Assembly: GCA_002633005.1 (NCBI GenBank)
Contig: NMRA01000347.1
Span: 186,001-250,000, forward strand
Source of the DNA: Phoronis australis
Lineage: Eukaryota; Animalia; Phoronida
DNA: 64,000 nt
Direction of reading: 5' to 3'
Below, in pieces: positions 1 to 13,425 of this stretch. A model generated the notes under the pieces. The model did no database searches. It saw only the letters and a program-made list of their open reading frames with translations, and was not told the DNA's origin. Within the stretch, counting starts at the first letter, position 1. Every line of letters starts with the position of its first letter. Position numbers and translations under genes: made by a program.

Positions 1-1574
1 GTCTGTCAAAGCCACAGCAGTTTAGTTGGTTATTTACGAGTTCGACTCTGTATTGTTTCTCCGCTGCAAGTGTGTAAGTACTCCAATTGGTGCTACAAAC
101 CCCACCTATATTTATGCAATATTTATGACTTGTCCATACACAATTTATTGTAGGTATGCTGTAGTTGGTCAAGGAAATATTTGGGGCTAATGCCTGCATG
201 TACATGGAGAGTAGGCCGAACTGTGTTCCGTAGGTGTAAGCCTCTCGTGAACATGTAAGGTCGTGCAAGTGTTCGCGAGATGTTGCCCTGCATTATAAAA
301 AACACGTTCTAGTAAACTACGAGTTGTGTGTTTTGTAGCCTTTGCTGTTGGTTAAAGTCGCACATATGTAGTTTTGATAAGATGGTTCAAAACAAAAATG
401 TAATCCTGCCTTTTACTCTCTTAAAGTCGGTCTCTTAATATTCCTTGCTGTGAAAGAGTTGTATTTGCTTAAGAACTCTAGTCACAGGTTATTCGTTGAC
501 TGCGTGAGTCACGCTCGACTTTGAAATTTTAGAGTAAGCATGGCTTACTCCAATAAAATCTTAAGCGTCTTCTTGAGCTGCCCATGACTTCAGTTTTTTG
601 GTAGCAGAGATAGAATCCTATCTCGGTAAGGAATATTATGAGACGGAGAGTAAAAGTTCTGATTTGATTTTCGTTCAAAGCAAATCTAACAGTCATATGA
701 AATGTAATGATTAACTAGTCAGAGAAGACGTGCTAGCACGTGACAGTCAAGTACTATGACGTCATAGGCTTCAGAGACTAACGTTCTTCCTTGAAGTTTT
801 AACATGTAGTGATTTGAAAAAATGTTGCGTGTCTGTACATGCGTTGCATTTTGTTTCATTGATTAAAGCTATATGCATCACCATCTTTCTTTTGGTCAAT
901 GTTTTGGATGAAACCATTCGTTTTTTGTTTCTTTTTACTACGACCTGTTGGCGTTGCTAATTACAGATAAGTCCATGAACAGAATGGAGTTCACACATTG
1001 CTTGAACTTGAATATTCCCCGGCGTGAACTAGAGTCATTCTAGTTTGAAGTTAACGATTTTGACTTTACCCGGCCTAGACTACTTGACACCGCATGGAGC
1101 TTTAAAGGACAAAGTCGAGATTGTTCCCAAATTGTTTGTTCATGTACCAGACTCTTCTGATGTCTTATCCCGCCGCCACTCAGTACTAATAGGCAGTACC
1201 TGCATTTTCGCCACTTCTCTGTGTGGTCTTCTGGACGCAGTCCTGAGTCTAAGATTACAACATGAAAAGGTAGACGAAGAGTTAACGCAGCAAACTATGT
1301 GCATGCTGTACACATCACTGTGCTTAATAATCCGAGGTTTTAATTTTTACTTCAACAAGATGTGAGCTTGAGACGTAAAGATTTACTGTTGTAATTAGAT
1401 TAATGCATAATCAAATATCTTCAACTGTAACACGTGGTTTAATTGTATATCTGTTGGAAGTGAACTGACGAACGAGATCACCAAGCTGAGCTTTTGTAGC
1501 ATGACCTTTGACATTTCTTGTTTCGTCTTGTAGGTGCTTGAAAATTGGAATTCAAAATCAACACTGTTCCTTAA

Positions 1575-2526
1575 AGTGTACACAACATGACTCTAGTACC
1601 TCAAAATAAATTTTATTATTATATCTTACTTGATTTCAGTGCCTTTAGTGCACAGCTCATAAAGAAACACGCAAAAATTGAAAAAATAATAATTACATGT
1701 ATGTACAACGTCATGGGTTGAACCCAAGTCGTTCGCCATACTGTTCGGATCAGAGACAAAGTGTATAGAGTGAAGAGAAAGCAAAGTACATTTAGCGTCG
1801 AGAAGGTTCGTAGAGGGATCAAAAGATGTGTTTCAGGAGGCTGCAGCAACAGCAGCCAGGCGGAGAACGTCTCGGTGTTCAGAAGGACACCAAAGTTGCG
1901 CAGAAGTGGCATCGCTTCGTGCGTCGAACGAGAGTGTGGGACGTCATCGTGGACCAAGCGATTCGGTCCGGGGCCTCTCTGTGTTCTGCCCACTTTGAGG
2001 ACTCGTGTTTCGACTCCAGTCACAGGAGACGTTACGATGAAGGCCTGGTTCAATAAAGGACAATATTTATCATTCAGAAACAGCTCTTAATTCAGGATCG
2101 TCTCTGATGACTGAGTTGACTCGTTGAGCCCGAGGCCGCTTCTCTCGCGAGAGGATCCAGTTCGTAAGGCTCAAAGTAGAAAAGTACACAGCCGAAAGCA
2201 CATTAAACTTGTTCTCGCTTTCGTGCAACCTCATTTCCTCATCCTGGCCACCATTCCCGTACGTTTCTTCATAGTATTTGTTCAATTCTTGCTCATAATC
2301 GTCCTCGCTTTCAAATTCCCTGCTCTCCGCCATTGTTCATTGCTAGTCACTGATCTCTTGTGTTCAACCCATGACGTCACATGGCGGCAAATGTTAAAAT
2401 TGGCAAAATTGAAAGAAAAATCAAAATTTCGAGCTAATTGCACAAAATAAACATTGGTTTACGTCATATATTTAGTCTGTGGCCACCGGTAATTCAAAAT
2501 GTGCAAAAATCCATGGTGTGTACTGT
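1575..2526. mobile_element. Internally deleted Kolobok-type DNA transposon (TTAA TSD) with THAP remnant
   Basis: TTAA at 1571-1574 and 2527-2530. Imperfect TIR: AGTGTACACAACATG vs revcomp ACAGTACACACCATG. Contains a + strand THAP remnant and a convergent acidic ORF start (2333, minus). Confidence 0.7.
1822..2015 (+). pseudogene. Degenerate THAP zinc-finger (C2CH) domain
   Basis: KRCVSGGCSNS..VSVF, then frameshift to KDTKVAQKWHRFV..LCSAHFEDSCF, giving the THAP C-x4-C...W...C-x2-H-F signature across two frames. Confidence 0.8.
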
Positions 2527-2874
2527 TTAAAGGCTGGCTCCAGTTCTTTGGCTTTTTGTTCTGTTTAGCTTTTTAATATAACTCCATCACGCTAAAACCT
2601 CGTGAGAGACCGTCCCGAGTTGATATCTTGAGCAACTCGTGGCGGTCTGGGATCAAGAGAAAAACCACAGGGTAGATCTGTGGTCGACAGATTTATTCGG
2701 TCGATTACATTTTATTGCCCGTGAAGGCTGCCTGAAGAAATATGACTCGCGCGTTTGTATTTTCGCCGTTTTCAACGACATGTAAAAGATTCATCAACAA
2801 ATTCCTCGTAAAATTTTGAAAACAAGCTCTGTTTACCAGTGTTGTATGAAATTTGTATAAATGAAGCCCTTCGT

Positions 2875-4647
2875 ATGAGTCACGCATGGGACAGAAATAC
2901 ATGTAGCCCTATCTGCTATCAAGATGGAGCCCACCTCAAACACGGGGGAGAATGGCAATTGATTATACATTTGCTTTCGCACACTTGTATATCATCAAGG
3001 TGCACAAGTATACATATAGGTCTTACGCTTCGTGCAGTCTCAGCAAGGAGGACTATTGTCCGCCCAAATGGTCCATGACGGTTACGCGAGAATGACATGC
3101 CTTGGGCATGACTCTCTTCAAGCCCTCCTCAGTGTCAAACTCTTCCTAAAACACCAGAAAATGACATTTCATGTGTATACAGTGCGCACATCACTTGTGT
3201 AAAAAGTGTGCGGATGTTCACTGTCAAACTGGCCGGAATCACTGTAACCCACAAAGTGGTCAGTTTGGAGGAAGTCGCAGCTGGCGTGCATTTTGAGGCG
3301 ATACGTGAACACCAAACAGTTTGGTGCCCCAAACACTCGGGTAGGTTGCTTGACCTTTACTGCAACCAATGCAAAACACCCCTATGTTATTTGTGTAAAT
3401 CAAAAATTTTTTTTTGATGATTTCAAGAAGAAGTTTGACGACGAACTGGAAACTAAGAGAAGTGAAGCGATCACTAAACTGATCGAGAGGTTTGAGTCGG
3501 TCCAAAAACAAAGTCAAGCAGCTTACGAGGCGGCTGAACACAGTCGACTGTCTCTGATGAGTACATTGACATACGCCAAGAGACTGGTTGAAAGAGCGCA
3601 TCCTGCTGAAACAACTCTACAGTAGCATGACATGGCCGCTACTCTGACATCGTTAGATATCAGTCAGTTTGAACTTAATGCTGACAGACATGTGTTTAAC
3701 TTTGTACCACCTGAACTGTCAGTGCCTAACGTGTCGGTTGATAGTGAATCTACTGTAGAATCACACTTAGTGGACACAAAAGTGTCACACCTTCGTTTTT
3801 CATCCAAATCACCCGTTAAACCTGTCACTCCACCACTGACTGTTAAAGAACCTGCAGATTGTGTTGGTAGTTTTAGCAACCGGGTTGAGGGGAAGAATGG
3901 GGCTGATTGCAGGGGACTGGCATTTTGTGATGGGAGGTTTGTTGTAACAGACGCGCTCAACAAAACTGTCAAAGTACTGTATTCGACGAATATAACTTTA
4001 AACTAAAGTTGAAGCTACAACAAACAAATCACAAACTGCAGGGGCCGATCGATGTGACATGTCACAAAGATGGTCACATCTTCATCACCGACCTCGGCAT
4101 TAATGGTGTTGTCAAGTATAATGCGTGGGGAAAGGTGGTGAGAGTGTGTCCTGGTGTGTATAAAGGCTGGGGCTTTGTTACATGTCACGGCGACCGGCTT
4201 GTTGTGTGTGATATACAAGGGGGGCAGGTGACTATTACAGACTTTGACTGTAATATTCACCAAACGTTGGACGGCCCCACCCTGGGGCTGAGTAAGTTCA
4301 CACCACGGTATGTGTGTATGGACAACTGTGGTCAGTTGGTGGTCTGTGAGTATGATCCAGGTCGTGTCCATGTAATAGACCCGACACGGCCGGCCGTTGT
4401 ATCCACACTGACCCATGGACTGAGTGACTGGCCGCGCGGTGTGTGTGTAGACCCACACGGCCATATTCTGGTGGCAGACGAGGGCAATAATCAGGTGATT
4501 TTATACAACAACGCACGTGCACACGTGATCGTGCCCCCTGGTGGTGTCCACCGTCCAACTGGCTTATGTCTCCCAGCCCTGGGTCAGGTGTCTTTAGTGG
4601 AGTGTAATACAGGTGTGGTGAAGACATTTCAGTACTTGGAGAAATAA
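2875..4647 (+). pseudogene. Intronless TRIM-NHL (B-box, coiled coil, NHL repeat) pseudogene
   Basis: B-box1 CIQCAHHLCKKCADVH; B-box2 WCPKHSGRLLDLYCNQCKTPLCYLC; helical coiled coil; NHL repeats (GPIDVTCHKDGHIFITD, PRGVCVDPHGHILVADEGNNQV). Lesions: frameshift between the B-boxes, frameshift at poly-T ~3406-3416, in-frame TAG 3623-3625, frameshift ~4000. AATAAA at 4856-4861. The 5' RING-like start is weak. Confidence 0.8.
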
Positions 4648-6996
4648 CGTTATGTAGTACTGAACAAAGCGAGTTTCTGCGCAATGTGTAGATGTAATAT
4701 GTAATATAAACACAGTGATCTTTTAATAATTAGAATATCTTTCGTGTGTTTAAACGTTACCATCGTATTTTGTAGATGTGGTAAAGAATGAACTATTATT
4801 TAGATGTTTGGTGGCAATTACACTGTAGTTCCGACTGTTGTCTAGTGTATATTTTAATAAACTTGTATGTAACACGTCCTTTCTCTTGAAGTTTGATGTA
4901 TGCCTCCGTTTAACTTATACATTTTGATGCATGGTTGCGCCTTAAGTGTTTAGAAAAATAAGTACGTAAACCTATCTGGCGCAGATTTTACTGCGGAGTG
5001 TACGCTGACACTTTGCAATATTTCTTATTATTCAAGAAACCAAACGTGTATACAGTAAGATAGAAAGGGAAAATATTTTTAAATCTTGTTACGGCACAAG
5101 TAATCATCGCTGCACAACTTTTGAAAACGCAGACTACCTCGTACTAATTCTGAATTCTCGCACTCAAGTAATTTGGAAGGAAAACAGACATCTCACAAGA
5201 TTAAATATTTCAAGTTAAACCTTTGTTTTTCCGTGAACCTTTTCAATTCCACCAATTTACAAGGACATTAGCTCAACGCCCACTCCAAAGAATCAATCTG
5301 CAAAATAAAACTTCTCAAAATTCGTTATATAAGAATACCTGTGCAAATTAATAAATCTATTCGATTTCAAAAATATGACAAACAAAATCCACAAAGGTTA
5401 CAGGACGTTTCATATCAATCAAAGTTATGATTAATATATATCACGATGATACTTCTAAAAATGTATTTCTGCAATATTCATTAGCTGCCAAAAACGAAAA
5501 ATGAACTTTAACAGATACATTTAAAAGCTCACAAACTTGATCAAACATCATTTGTCACTGGTATATGACTTGACTTCCAATTATCAACACAACACGAAGG
5601 CTACAGCCACCATCCACTCAAGTTTGGAAAACGTGTCAGTGTTTGAAAACCCCAAGTAAATCGAGTTAAGGTTTTAACATTGACTGCCAAACAGCGTGGA
5701 CACACCTTCCCTCTCTCATTTATTCTGATATCTGTTCCCAGTGACCCGTATATTTCAGATAAGGGTTCCAACACTCCAGTTTCCGCTTTACTGTTAGAAA
5801 TAACTTCAATCGTTAAGGTTATGCAGGACCAGAACAGTCTATCTATGTAGCAAAATATCTATAGATTTTTTCCACGTAAAAGTATTTATTTTCTAAAAAC
5901 GAAAGCCCGTAGAGTTTTTTCTTTCACTTTTTACGAATCGTTTGTAATTGGGTCACGTGACCATAAAATTGAGCAACACAGAAAGTTACATTGATTGCAA
6001 AACAACGCTGTCAATTGCACAATCAAGTGTTCAAGGTGAGGTATCAAAAACACTGTTAGAGTTTCTAAGATATAACGTTTTCGTATTATGCATTTGTAAG
6101 ATATTTCACGTTTGTTAGCTGGGCGAGCCTCATGTTCACATACTTTAGCTCTTTGTGGGTTGAATGGGATTTGTATATCCCATTTACACATTACAAACTG
6201 GTTTGTGTGTGTGTGCTGTCTTGTAGTCTAGACACTTGGGTGGGCAGTGTACGTCGTGCTTTAGAGAGGAGAGGATGAGAGCTGCAATAATGAGGTGATT
6301 TTATTTCCTATTATGGCATTTTTGTCTAAATTGTCAATTAGTTGCTGTGTATTTTTGTAGAACCGAAACAGAGTAGAATTGTAAGAGTATACTTTGTATC
6401 GTTTTGAGTATCTCAATATACATGTATTAAAACTACTCCTCTTGACTTGCCAACACAGCTGTTTTAAAGATTTTTCATGAAAATCATTCAAGTGTTATTA
6501 CTGATAATCCCTCATGGAAGGGTAAAACGTTTTAACACAATTCCTAACATTGTGTTTTAGACCAGTCCATAAAGCTTATTACCTGGAAGTTTCACATGAA
6601 TATGATGAGCCAGATCTGAAGTTTGATGTTCTCAGGTTTTTATGTTTATCAGTTGTGTTTTCTTTAAAACCGCAATTTACATGCATTTACAAAATTGTTT
6701 CTTTTCTTGGTTATACTTGTGCACACAGTTCTCTAGGATGTCACTAGGTGACGCTTGCTCGAAATCCTCTATGACGCTTTTGGAAAATAAAATAAATCGG
6801 TTTTGTCGAGTTTTTGTGTGAGTTAAACCTTCTTCGTCTGTTATAGCAGTCAGATATAGGTGTACACGACTTACTCTCCAGTCATAACAGTGGCGGGTCT
6901 AATTCGGGGGCTTGACAAACAACGAGGCCCTGTCGTAACGAGAAACGGCGAGATGATCTCCACCTCTTCTTTCGCCTCTACACCTTCTCCAAATAG

Positions 6997-7139
6997 CATG
7001 GGCGGCGCAGCACTGACAAAAGTGGGGCGCTATAGCCCTCCAGCCTCCCTGTGGTGCACCGCCCATAGATCATGGGCGGCGCAGCACTGAAAAAGTGGGG
7101 GCTATAGCCTCCCCTGCCCCCTATGGTGCGCCGCCCATA
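6997..7139. mobile_element. Dimeric ~70-bp hairpin MITE (CATGGGCGGCGC...GCGCCGCCCAT)
   Basis: Two tandem units, each with terminal inverted repeats, flanked by a 5-bp direct repeat AATAG (6992-6996 and 7140-7144). Second copy at 12229-12371. Confidence 0.75.
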
Positions 7140-8238
7140 AATAGTGCTTAAAATGATATTTTCAGGCAGTGTTATTTTTAATGATATAATGTCAGCGTGC
7201 GCATTTATCATATTTATTCCTCCTGTGGAGAAATTTTCACGAAGACGTCGTAAGATTTTTGTATCACAGGTGAATTTGTGAAACATACGCTAAATCTTTT
7301 TATTTATTTCTTGATTAATGATGGTCAAGCTTGAGAACAGGTGTGTCAATTTAGAAATTAATAACTCAAAAACCAATTTCCAGTTTGTTCACCCTCTTAA
7401 TCCGCGACATTGCAACATGAAGCCTACAACACAAAGTACATGTATATATTCCATGCCACATTGGCGTTGGAACTTGGCGACTTGCGCTGTTTTTCATTTC
7501 ATTTCATTTCATTGGCTAAAACAAGGCTTTGATTTTTCCTCTTTAAAAGAGGATTTTCTCTTGTTTGGTTTTGAATTCCTTTTCTCTAATTTCCAGTTTC
7601 CTCTTTTTCGTCTTATTTTGATCATTATTTTGACGTCATTCATGCAAAAACGCTCATTTCAGTTGAATCTAACAACTTAAAATATTTCTATCACACAAGT
7701 CTATTTACCTGTGGAACGATACGTCACCTGAAAATTTTTTCTTTTTTCATTGATCATTCCAACTCTTGCCAATGCCAGGAAAGTGCAACGTGTCGTCATC
7801 TAAAACATTCTAATAGCGGGACGTTGTTAACGATTTGGTTCTTTCACAAGACTAGTAGTCATGGATGTACCGGACGGACAATAATGAGAGGGCGAAGGAC
7901 TTAAGTGCATCATTGTCAAAAATGAAGTTACGAACCCGGTACTACATCTCACGACCAAACAGTGAGATTACTCTAGTCTACAACCACGTTGGAAGTTCCA
8001 GGTTTTAGGAGAATAAACCATTAAAAGCATAGTTCCAGGCTCTAAATTTATTGGACCCTGAAATGAAACATCAATTTACGGGTAGAGTTGACACGCACAC
8101 TATTAAAACATAGTTTCACACGCTTAAGTCACTGAAACTTGAAATGAAATAACGAGGAAATTTAAAATCGACGCGTTGCATTGAGGCGCCTTACTTGTCC
8201 TGCAACACCATTCCTATGCGACCAGCGATCATTAGCTT

Positions 8239-8296
8239 ATGTGTGTGTGTGTGTCTGTGTGTGTGTGTGTGTGTGAGTGTGTGTGTGTGTGTGTGT
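8239..8296. repeat. (GT)n microsatellite
   Basis: Direct GT run. The paralogous site (~31299) has only a short GTGTGTGT. Confidence 0.95.
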
Positions 8297-8787
8297 NCCA
8301 TCCAGTTGCTCACGGCGGTCAGCATGTCACAAATAAGTTGGTACATCTTTTGAAGTTCCAAAATTCGAGGAAAGGTCTTTCTTTTTCTGTTGTAGAAAGC
8401 TGTATTAAACGGTCAATCCACATACTTGCATTTGGCATTACTTAGCAATTCAGTGAACACAATGCCCTTGGAGACCTATTCCAGTTTTTATTAAGAACTC
8501 GTGGAGTTGGATGCAGTACGGATGTATTCCCAATGTATGCTCCGTTCACCTGTTTTAATATTCGTTCACATGGCTAAGATTTGCACCTGAGCCCAGATAG
8601 GAATCTTCAGGGCGTTTACGTGGCTTTAATGTGACGGGAAGCTACATAACATCGTGCTCACTTTGACAGATGTGCTAACTGTGCTTTTGTGAAGGGTGAA
8701 AACGCTTATCAGTTTCCAATAAGTGCGAACTGACAGAGCATCAGAGAATTGTGGAAAAGAAAGATACAGAAAAATCAATGAAAACTT

Positions 8788-9731
8788 TCATAGCGGAACT
8801 ACTGACAGAGAAATTCCTGTAGAAAAGCCGACATTGTCGCACCCAAGATCGGAGGTATTGTTTTCAGGCACCAATGCTGACGCCAAAATCTTCTCTTTCT
8901 CTTCCAAGTTGTTCAGAAGCTTTTGACCAACCCTGGAAATTCCGAAGAAAAAACAGAATCCGACGACAAGAATGACGGCGGCGATTACCCATAATACCCA
9001 CGTCATTGGAACGAGAATCAGGGCGCTGATCAGTGCCACCGTGTCCAAGATGTAGATCACACAGGCCAGCACAAGCCTATGGAAATGTGTCCCGATGGTT
9101 GATCCTAGTGGCGCCCCCACAACAACAATTGGAGCGCAGACTCCAACAAATTCGAAAGCGTCAAGCGACACTTCATACTGAACGAGCACGCGCCAGAACG
9201 CACCGACACTGGTGTTTATGGCCATAAGGACTACGGAGGTGGGCGTAGCTGTCTTCTCGGAGACACGAAACAAAAGAGTTATTATGCTGAAGCTGCAGAT
9301 ATCAACGCCGCTCCCGGATATTGCCGAAAACACGCCACCGAAAATCCCGGTTACGATTAGCACGACGGCTTTCCATGGTGTGAAGTCTGGGATTTTCATA
9401 AAAATACGGCGCTTGTGGTTCCAGTTGAGTAGAAAGAGCGCAAAGGCGAAAGAGAACCACGTGGAGACGAATCCAATTTTCTTTTGTGGGGGTGTCAAGT
9501 TTCTATCAATAGCTTCTAAACCGATGATCATACCGATGGCACCCCCAATGGAACAAAATAAGATGGCGTTTTTTTCCAGTTTCACCTTCATGAAGTAGAT
9601 TGCGAACATTGCTGACGTCATGCCGACGGATTGAATGAGAAGAGAAAAATCTCGAGCAATCGTCGGGCTGATCTGGAATGCTAACGTCATCACGGGGAAC
9701 GCAACTGCCCCACCACCTTCGCTCGTCATTC
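8788..9731 (-). CDS. TauE/SafE-family (sulfite exporter-like) membrane protein, copy 1, last exon
   Basis: Acceptor ttttcag at 9732-9738, 944 nt to stop. GMTSEGGGAVAFPVMTL, GGVFSAISGSGVDI, ATPTSVVLMA and many hydrophobic helices fit the TauE/SafE (DUF81) duplicated GxGGG architecture. Confidence 0.85.
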
Positions 9732-11109
9732 CTGAAAAGAAACGTGCTTCGCTTTTCAACAGACAAAAGCGGGCAATTGTGAAAAAACAATAATCTGACA
9801 ACACCTAAGGTTTATCATTGAACTTACCTAGAACCTATCAAGTGTCAATCGACTTTGGTGCAGAGAATTCTAGGCCTGAAATGCCAACTTGTATCTTGCT
9901 GCTAGTGAGGTTGCGCAGCACATGCGTAGCGTTTGTTTATACTCGTTTGTGCCAGTATTGATATTACTCCTGTGGATTTTACTGGCTCTAAAACGTTTTG
10001 CTACTCTACTATTTTCTAAAAAAATTGCATGAAATTCATCTTTTTAAAGCCCTCATCAGTTCTTAAATTCGTAAACCTGACAGGTTTGAAAATATTTTTG
10101 TAACCAAAATGCGAAAAATAACGGGGTGTAGTAGTAACATAAAGAGAAGTGGACGAAAGATGTTATCAATATGTCTAATGAGACATGCAGGCATTCATCT
10201 TAAATTAGACACCTTCAGTGAAAATTCAGGATGCAGTGACAAATTTACAAAAAATGTGTTCAAACTAATCACCCCATCTTTTTATTCAAAATTTGCATGT
10301 AAGTGCTTTTTAATAGACAAAAATGTTGTGTGAGTTGAAATATACTGTGCTCAGACCATGACACATAGGCTGTTGTGTAGGACTTTCCATAGTAGTTTGC
10401 AATTAAACTCAATTTATTTGTAAAAATTAATGATCCTGACACATGCAGTATGTGTTAACGTAAACAACAGACAATGGAAACACTTGATCGATTTTTATGC
10501 TACTAAAGAAAGTGGTCTCTGAAAAATAACTATATCCATGACAAAGAGACAAATAAACACCTGTTCCATGGTTGTCGACTGCTTTTTTTAGCTCGAGTAC
10601 ACGTACTTGTAGGCAATTGTGGATGCCTGCAAAATGCGGATGATTCAAAAACCCATGGCAAGTACCATTTTTTCTTTGTAATCAAACCACAAAATAGTTC
10701 TATGTTGTGCAGGAAATTACAGTAGTCACGTGATAATTTGACAGTGTCACTGTGTGTCAAAAAGCGGGGGATTTCAATGGTATGGTGAGATGGCGATAAA
10801 TTTCAAATTGAACTAGACCGCTAAGAGCGGCACAATTGGTAGTTACGACGTACATTATCAGCAACACAAAGAACTGGATTGGATAAATCAGTACTTCAGA
10901 ACATTCAATGCTCAGAAATCGAATTAACAACAAGTATTTGGATACAAAGCAGAAATAGCAAGTAGAGTGGACGCCGGAGATGACAGGAAGCATTAGTGGT
11001 GAAAAAACACCAAGCGTGAGGATCAACTTTTTAAAATTTACCACACCCCCTTGTAAACCTGACGTGGCTTCTGGGTTGCCGCGAAAATGAACGGTGACAG
11101 AAAACCCAC

Positions 11110-11337
11110 CTGCCACCATGGAACCAAAGACCATGGTTATGGACATGAAATACTTGTCAACGAACAGGTGCCACAGGTTTCGTTTGATGAAAATAGACAC
11201 CCAGCAGAACCAGACGAAAAATGCAGGGATCACTATGCCCACCAGACGGCGGTGTTTTACAAGTACTCGCTGGATAATCGACGCATCCTTTGGAAGGTTG
11301 GCTACAGAGGTCACGTGTTCCTTATGCACAGCTTGAC
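11110..11337 (-). CDS. TauE/SafE-family protein copy 1, middle exon
   Basis: 228-nt phase1/phase1 exon with AG/GT ends. GQAVHKEH...MSITMVFGSMVAG joins in frame to GMTSEGGG. Confidence 0.85.
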
Positions 11338-11996
11338 CTGAAAAGAAGGAAGGTTGAGTCCAATAAAAAGTATTCGACAAACCTCCCAAGACACAAAGGC
11401 ACGAAAATATTTGCTATTCTTGATGGGAGACTCTCGTCAAACTGGCATTGGTCACTTCACTGATTTCAACGCCAAACTGTAACTTGTCTTTTCGGTACAT
11501 AATCGGCAATGCAATGAAAAAGTTAAGGTACATGTATAGCCCGCGCCCTCTTCTGTCAAAATTAACATTTCTTTTACACCAAGTCTTATATTAACTTGTT
11601 TCTCACTCGGATTAGACACGATTCCAGGATTTGTGAGGACGGGCAATCAGGTCCTATAGTTGCGCGTGTACATGGTCAAAGTTCCCATTGAATGTGATTA
11701 TCAAACATAACAACAAAATGCATACAAAACACTTCAACGTACTGATCAATTTTTCTGTTGCTAACCTTCTCACTTGAAAAAATAAGGCTCTATATATCAA
11801 GAAATCAGAAATTTAAATCTTTGAATTTTGGAATACGCATTTTCTGTATTATCGTCATACAAGAAGCATTGACTTGCAGTTAACAAATGCAACACTTTCT
11901 CTATTTGGAAGAAGTTTTACATAATAGACTGGCGTTAGCTCATGGTAAAAAAATTCTCTTAAGACATGGACTCACATCCCAATAACAGATAAGTAC

Positions 11997-12165
11997 CTTC
12001 CCAAAAATACTTCTTGCAAAATATTCGGCAACTGAATGGACGTTTTCGTGTACAACATCCCCTGGCGTTGTCTTTCTCCACAATCTGGACTTCAACGTTA
12101 CGTCGTTTGGTCGCAAGCCCGTTTTGTTGTCCATTAAGGTTCTTCGAAACTTGCGTAGACAATGT
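11997..12165 (-). CDS. TauE/SafE-family protein copy 1, upstream exon (start exon not identified)
   Basis: 169-nt exon, tattcag acceptor and GTACTT donor. ...RIFCKKYFWEG splices in frame to GQAV. Same length as in copy 2. No in-frame ATG in this copy. Confidence 0.7.
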
Positions 12166-12228
12166 CTGAATACAAACATTACAACAATAGTCACGTGGGT
12201 GAAGTACCGATCTAGACTACTGTTTACC

Positions 12229-12371
12229 CATGGGCGGCGCAGCACTGAAGAAAGTAGGGGGCTAAAGCCCCCTCAGCTCTCCTGTGATGCACCGCCTATA
12301 GACCACGTGCGGCGTAGCACTGAAAAAAGCTACATGTATAGCCCCCAACCCCCTTTGGTGCGCCGCCCATG
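12229..12371. mobile_element. Dimeric hairpin MITE, second copy
   Basis: Same two-unit structure as 6997-7139; absent from the paralogous site (~35595). Confidence 0.75.
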
Positions 12372-13279
12372 TGCTAGACTCCTCATTCGCAAGTTAAGTG
12401 AAGACCCACAAACAAAAGATGAGATTGACGAATATATGGTGACAATGGGACACACACGAGTTATTTTGAGAACGTGTGCATTATAAAGTTGTTCAGTGCG
12501 AGTGTAGGGCAATCGTCATTGTGCAATGGCAGGCGGGAATACGGGATTCGCTGACAGAGCACGCTCAGTTTACAGTACAATGATATCCATGCAACGTGCT
12601 CCTTTGAGCTTGCGTTGCACTCGTTGCCTTGCACTCGTCGCTATTACAATGCACACATGACCCAAGAAGTCATCACTGCTGATGTCTATACCGACAATGT
12701 ACGTGTTTGCAAATTACACAATGGGTTGTTATACTATTTTCGGATTTACACCTGGATATTAATGGTACATATACACCTGGATATTAAGGAGACGATCGCA
12801 TTGCACTCGTACGAATGGCGTTCTTGAACAAATTAGCGGGCCTGTCCAGGATTCAGACAGTGATAATAACTACAATTTTATTTTCAAAACCATGAAAAGC
12901 AAAAATTTTTGAACTACAAATGTGCCTATTTATGTCGTTAATTCACACAGGGAAGAAAAATGGTGACGTAAACGCATGTGTATTGAGAAGTGTCCCTCTA
13001 GGACATGTACATCTGTGTTTTAGTAGAAATGCCACAGTGATATCTGTGCACACTTTGAGATGAACGTGTTCCGAAAGGATCACGTTGGGCTGTACCGTAC
13101 ACAGCGTGATTGCAAGATTTCCATTAAAAAACAGATATGGTTGGAATTCAATGAATCCAGGTACAGAATGAAGACCAAAACCCTAGACCCCTTTAAAATC
13201 AGTGCCAAAGCGAGCAACCACCTATCAATGGGCACACTAAGACGTCGGTGGATGCACAAGTTACATGTCATTTTTCGCT

Positions 13280-13425
13280 AGGTTCAATATCTTCGAAGGT
13301 CTACTGCTACACCGAAATTTCACTAACTCCGAAGCTCCGCTACTCAAAAAGTTCACTACCCGGATTGTTCACTATTCCGAAGTTTCACTGCACCGGATGT
13401 TCATTACTGCAAAGGTTGCACCACT
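13280..13425. repeat. Degenerate ~17-bp tandem array (GTTCACTANTCCGAAG-like)
   Basis: Repeated ttcact...ccgaag units; also present at ~36478-36620. Confidence 0.6.

Noticed and set aside
1045-1365. 106-aa ORF and a possible opposite-strand exon
   Set aside because: No identifiable homology or supporting neighbouring exons.
9212-9598. Plus-strand ORF conserved in both copies (also 32177-32467)
   Set aside because: Antisense shadow of the TauE exon.
13280-13425. CRISPR-like short repeat array
   Set aside because: Units are adjacent and degenerate with no unique spacers, there are no cas genes, and the context is eukaryotic.
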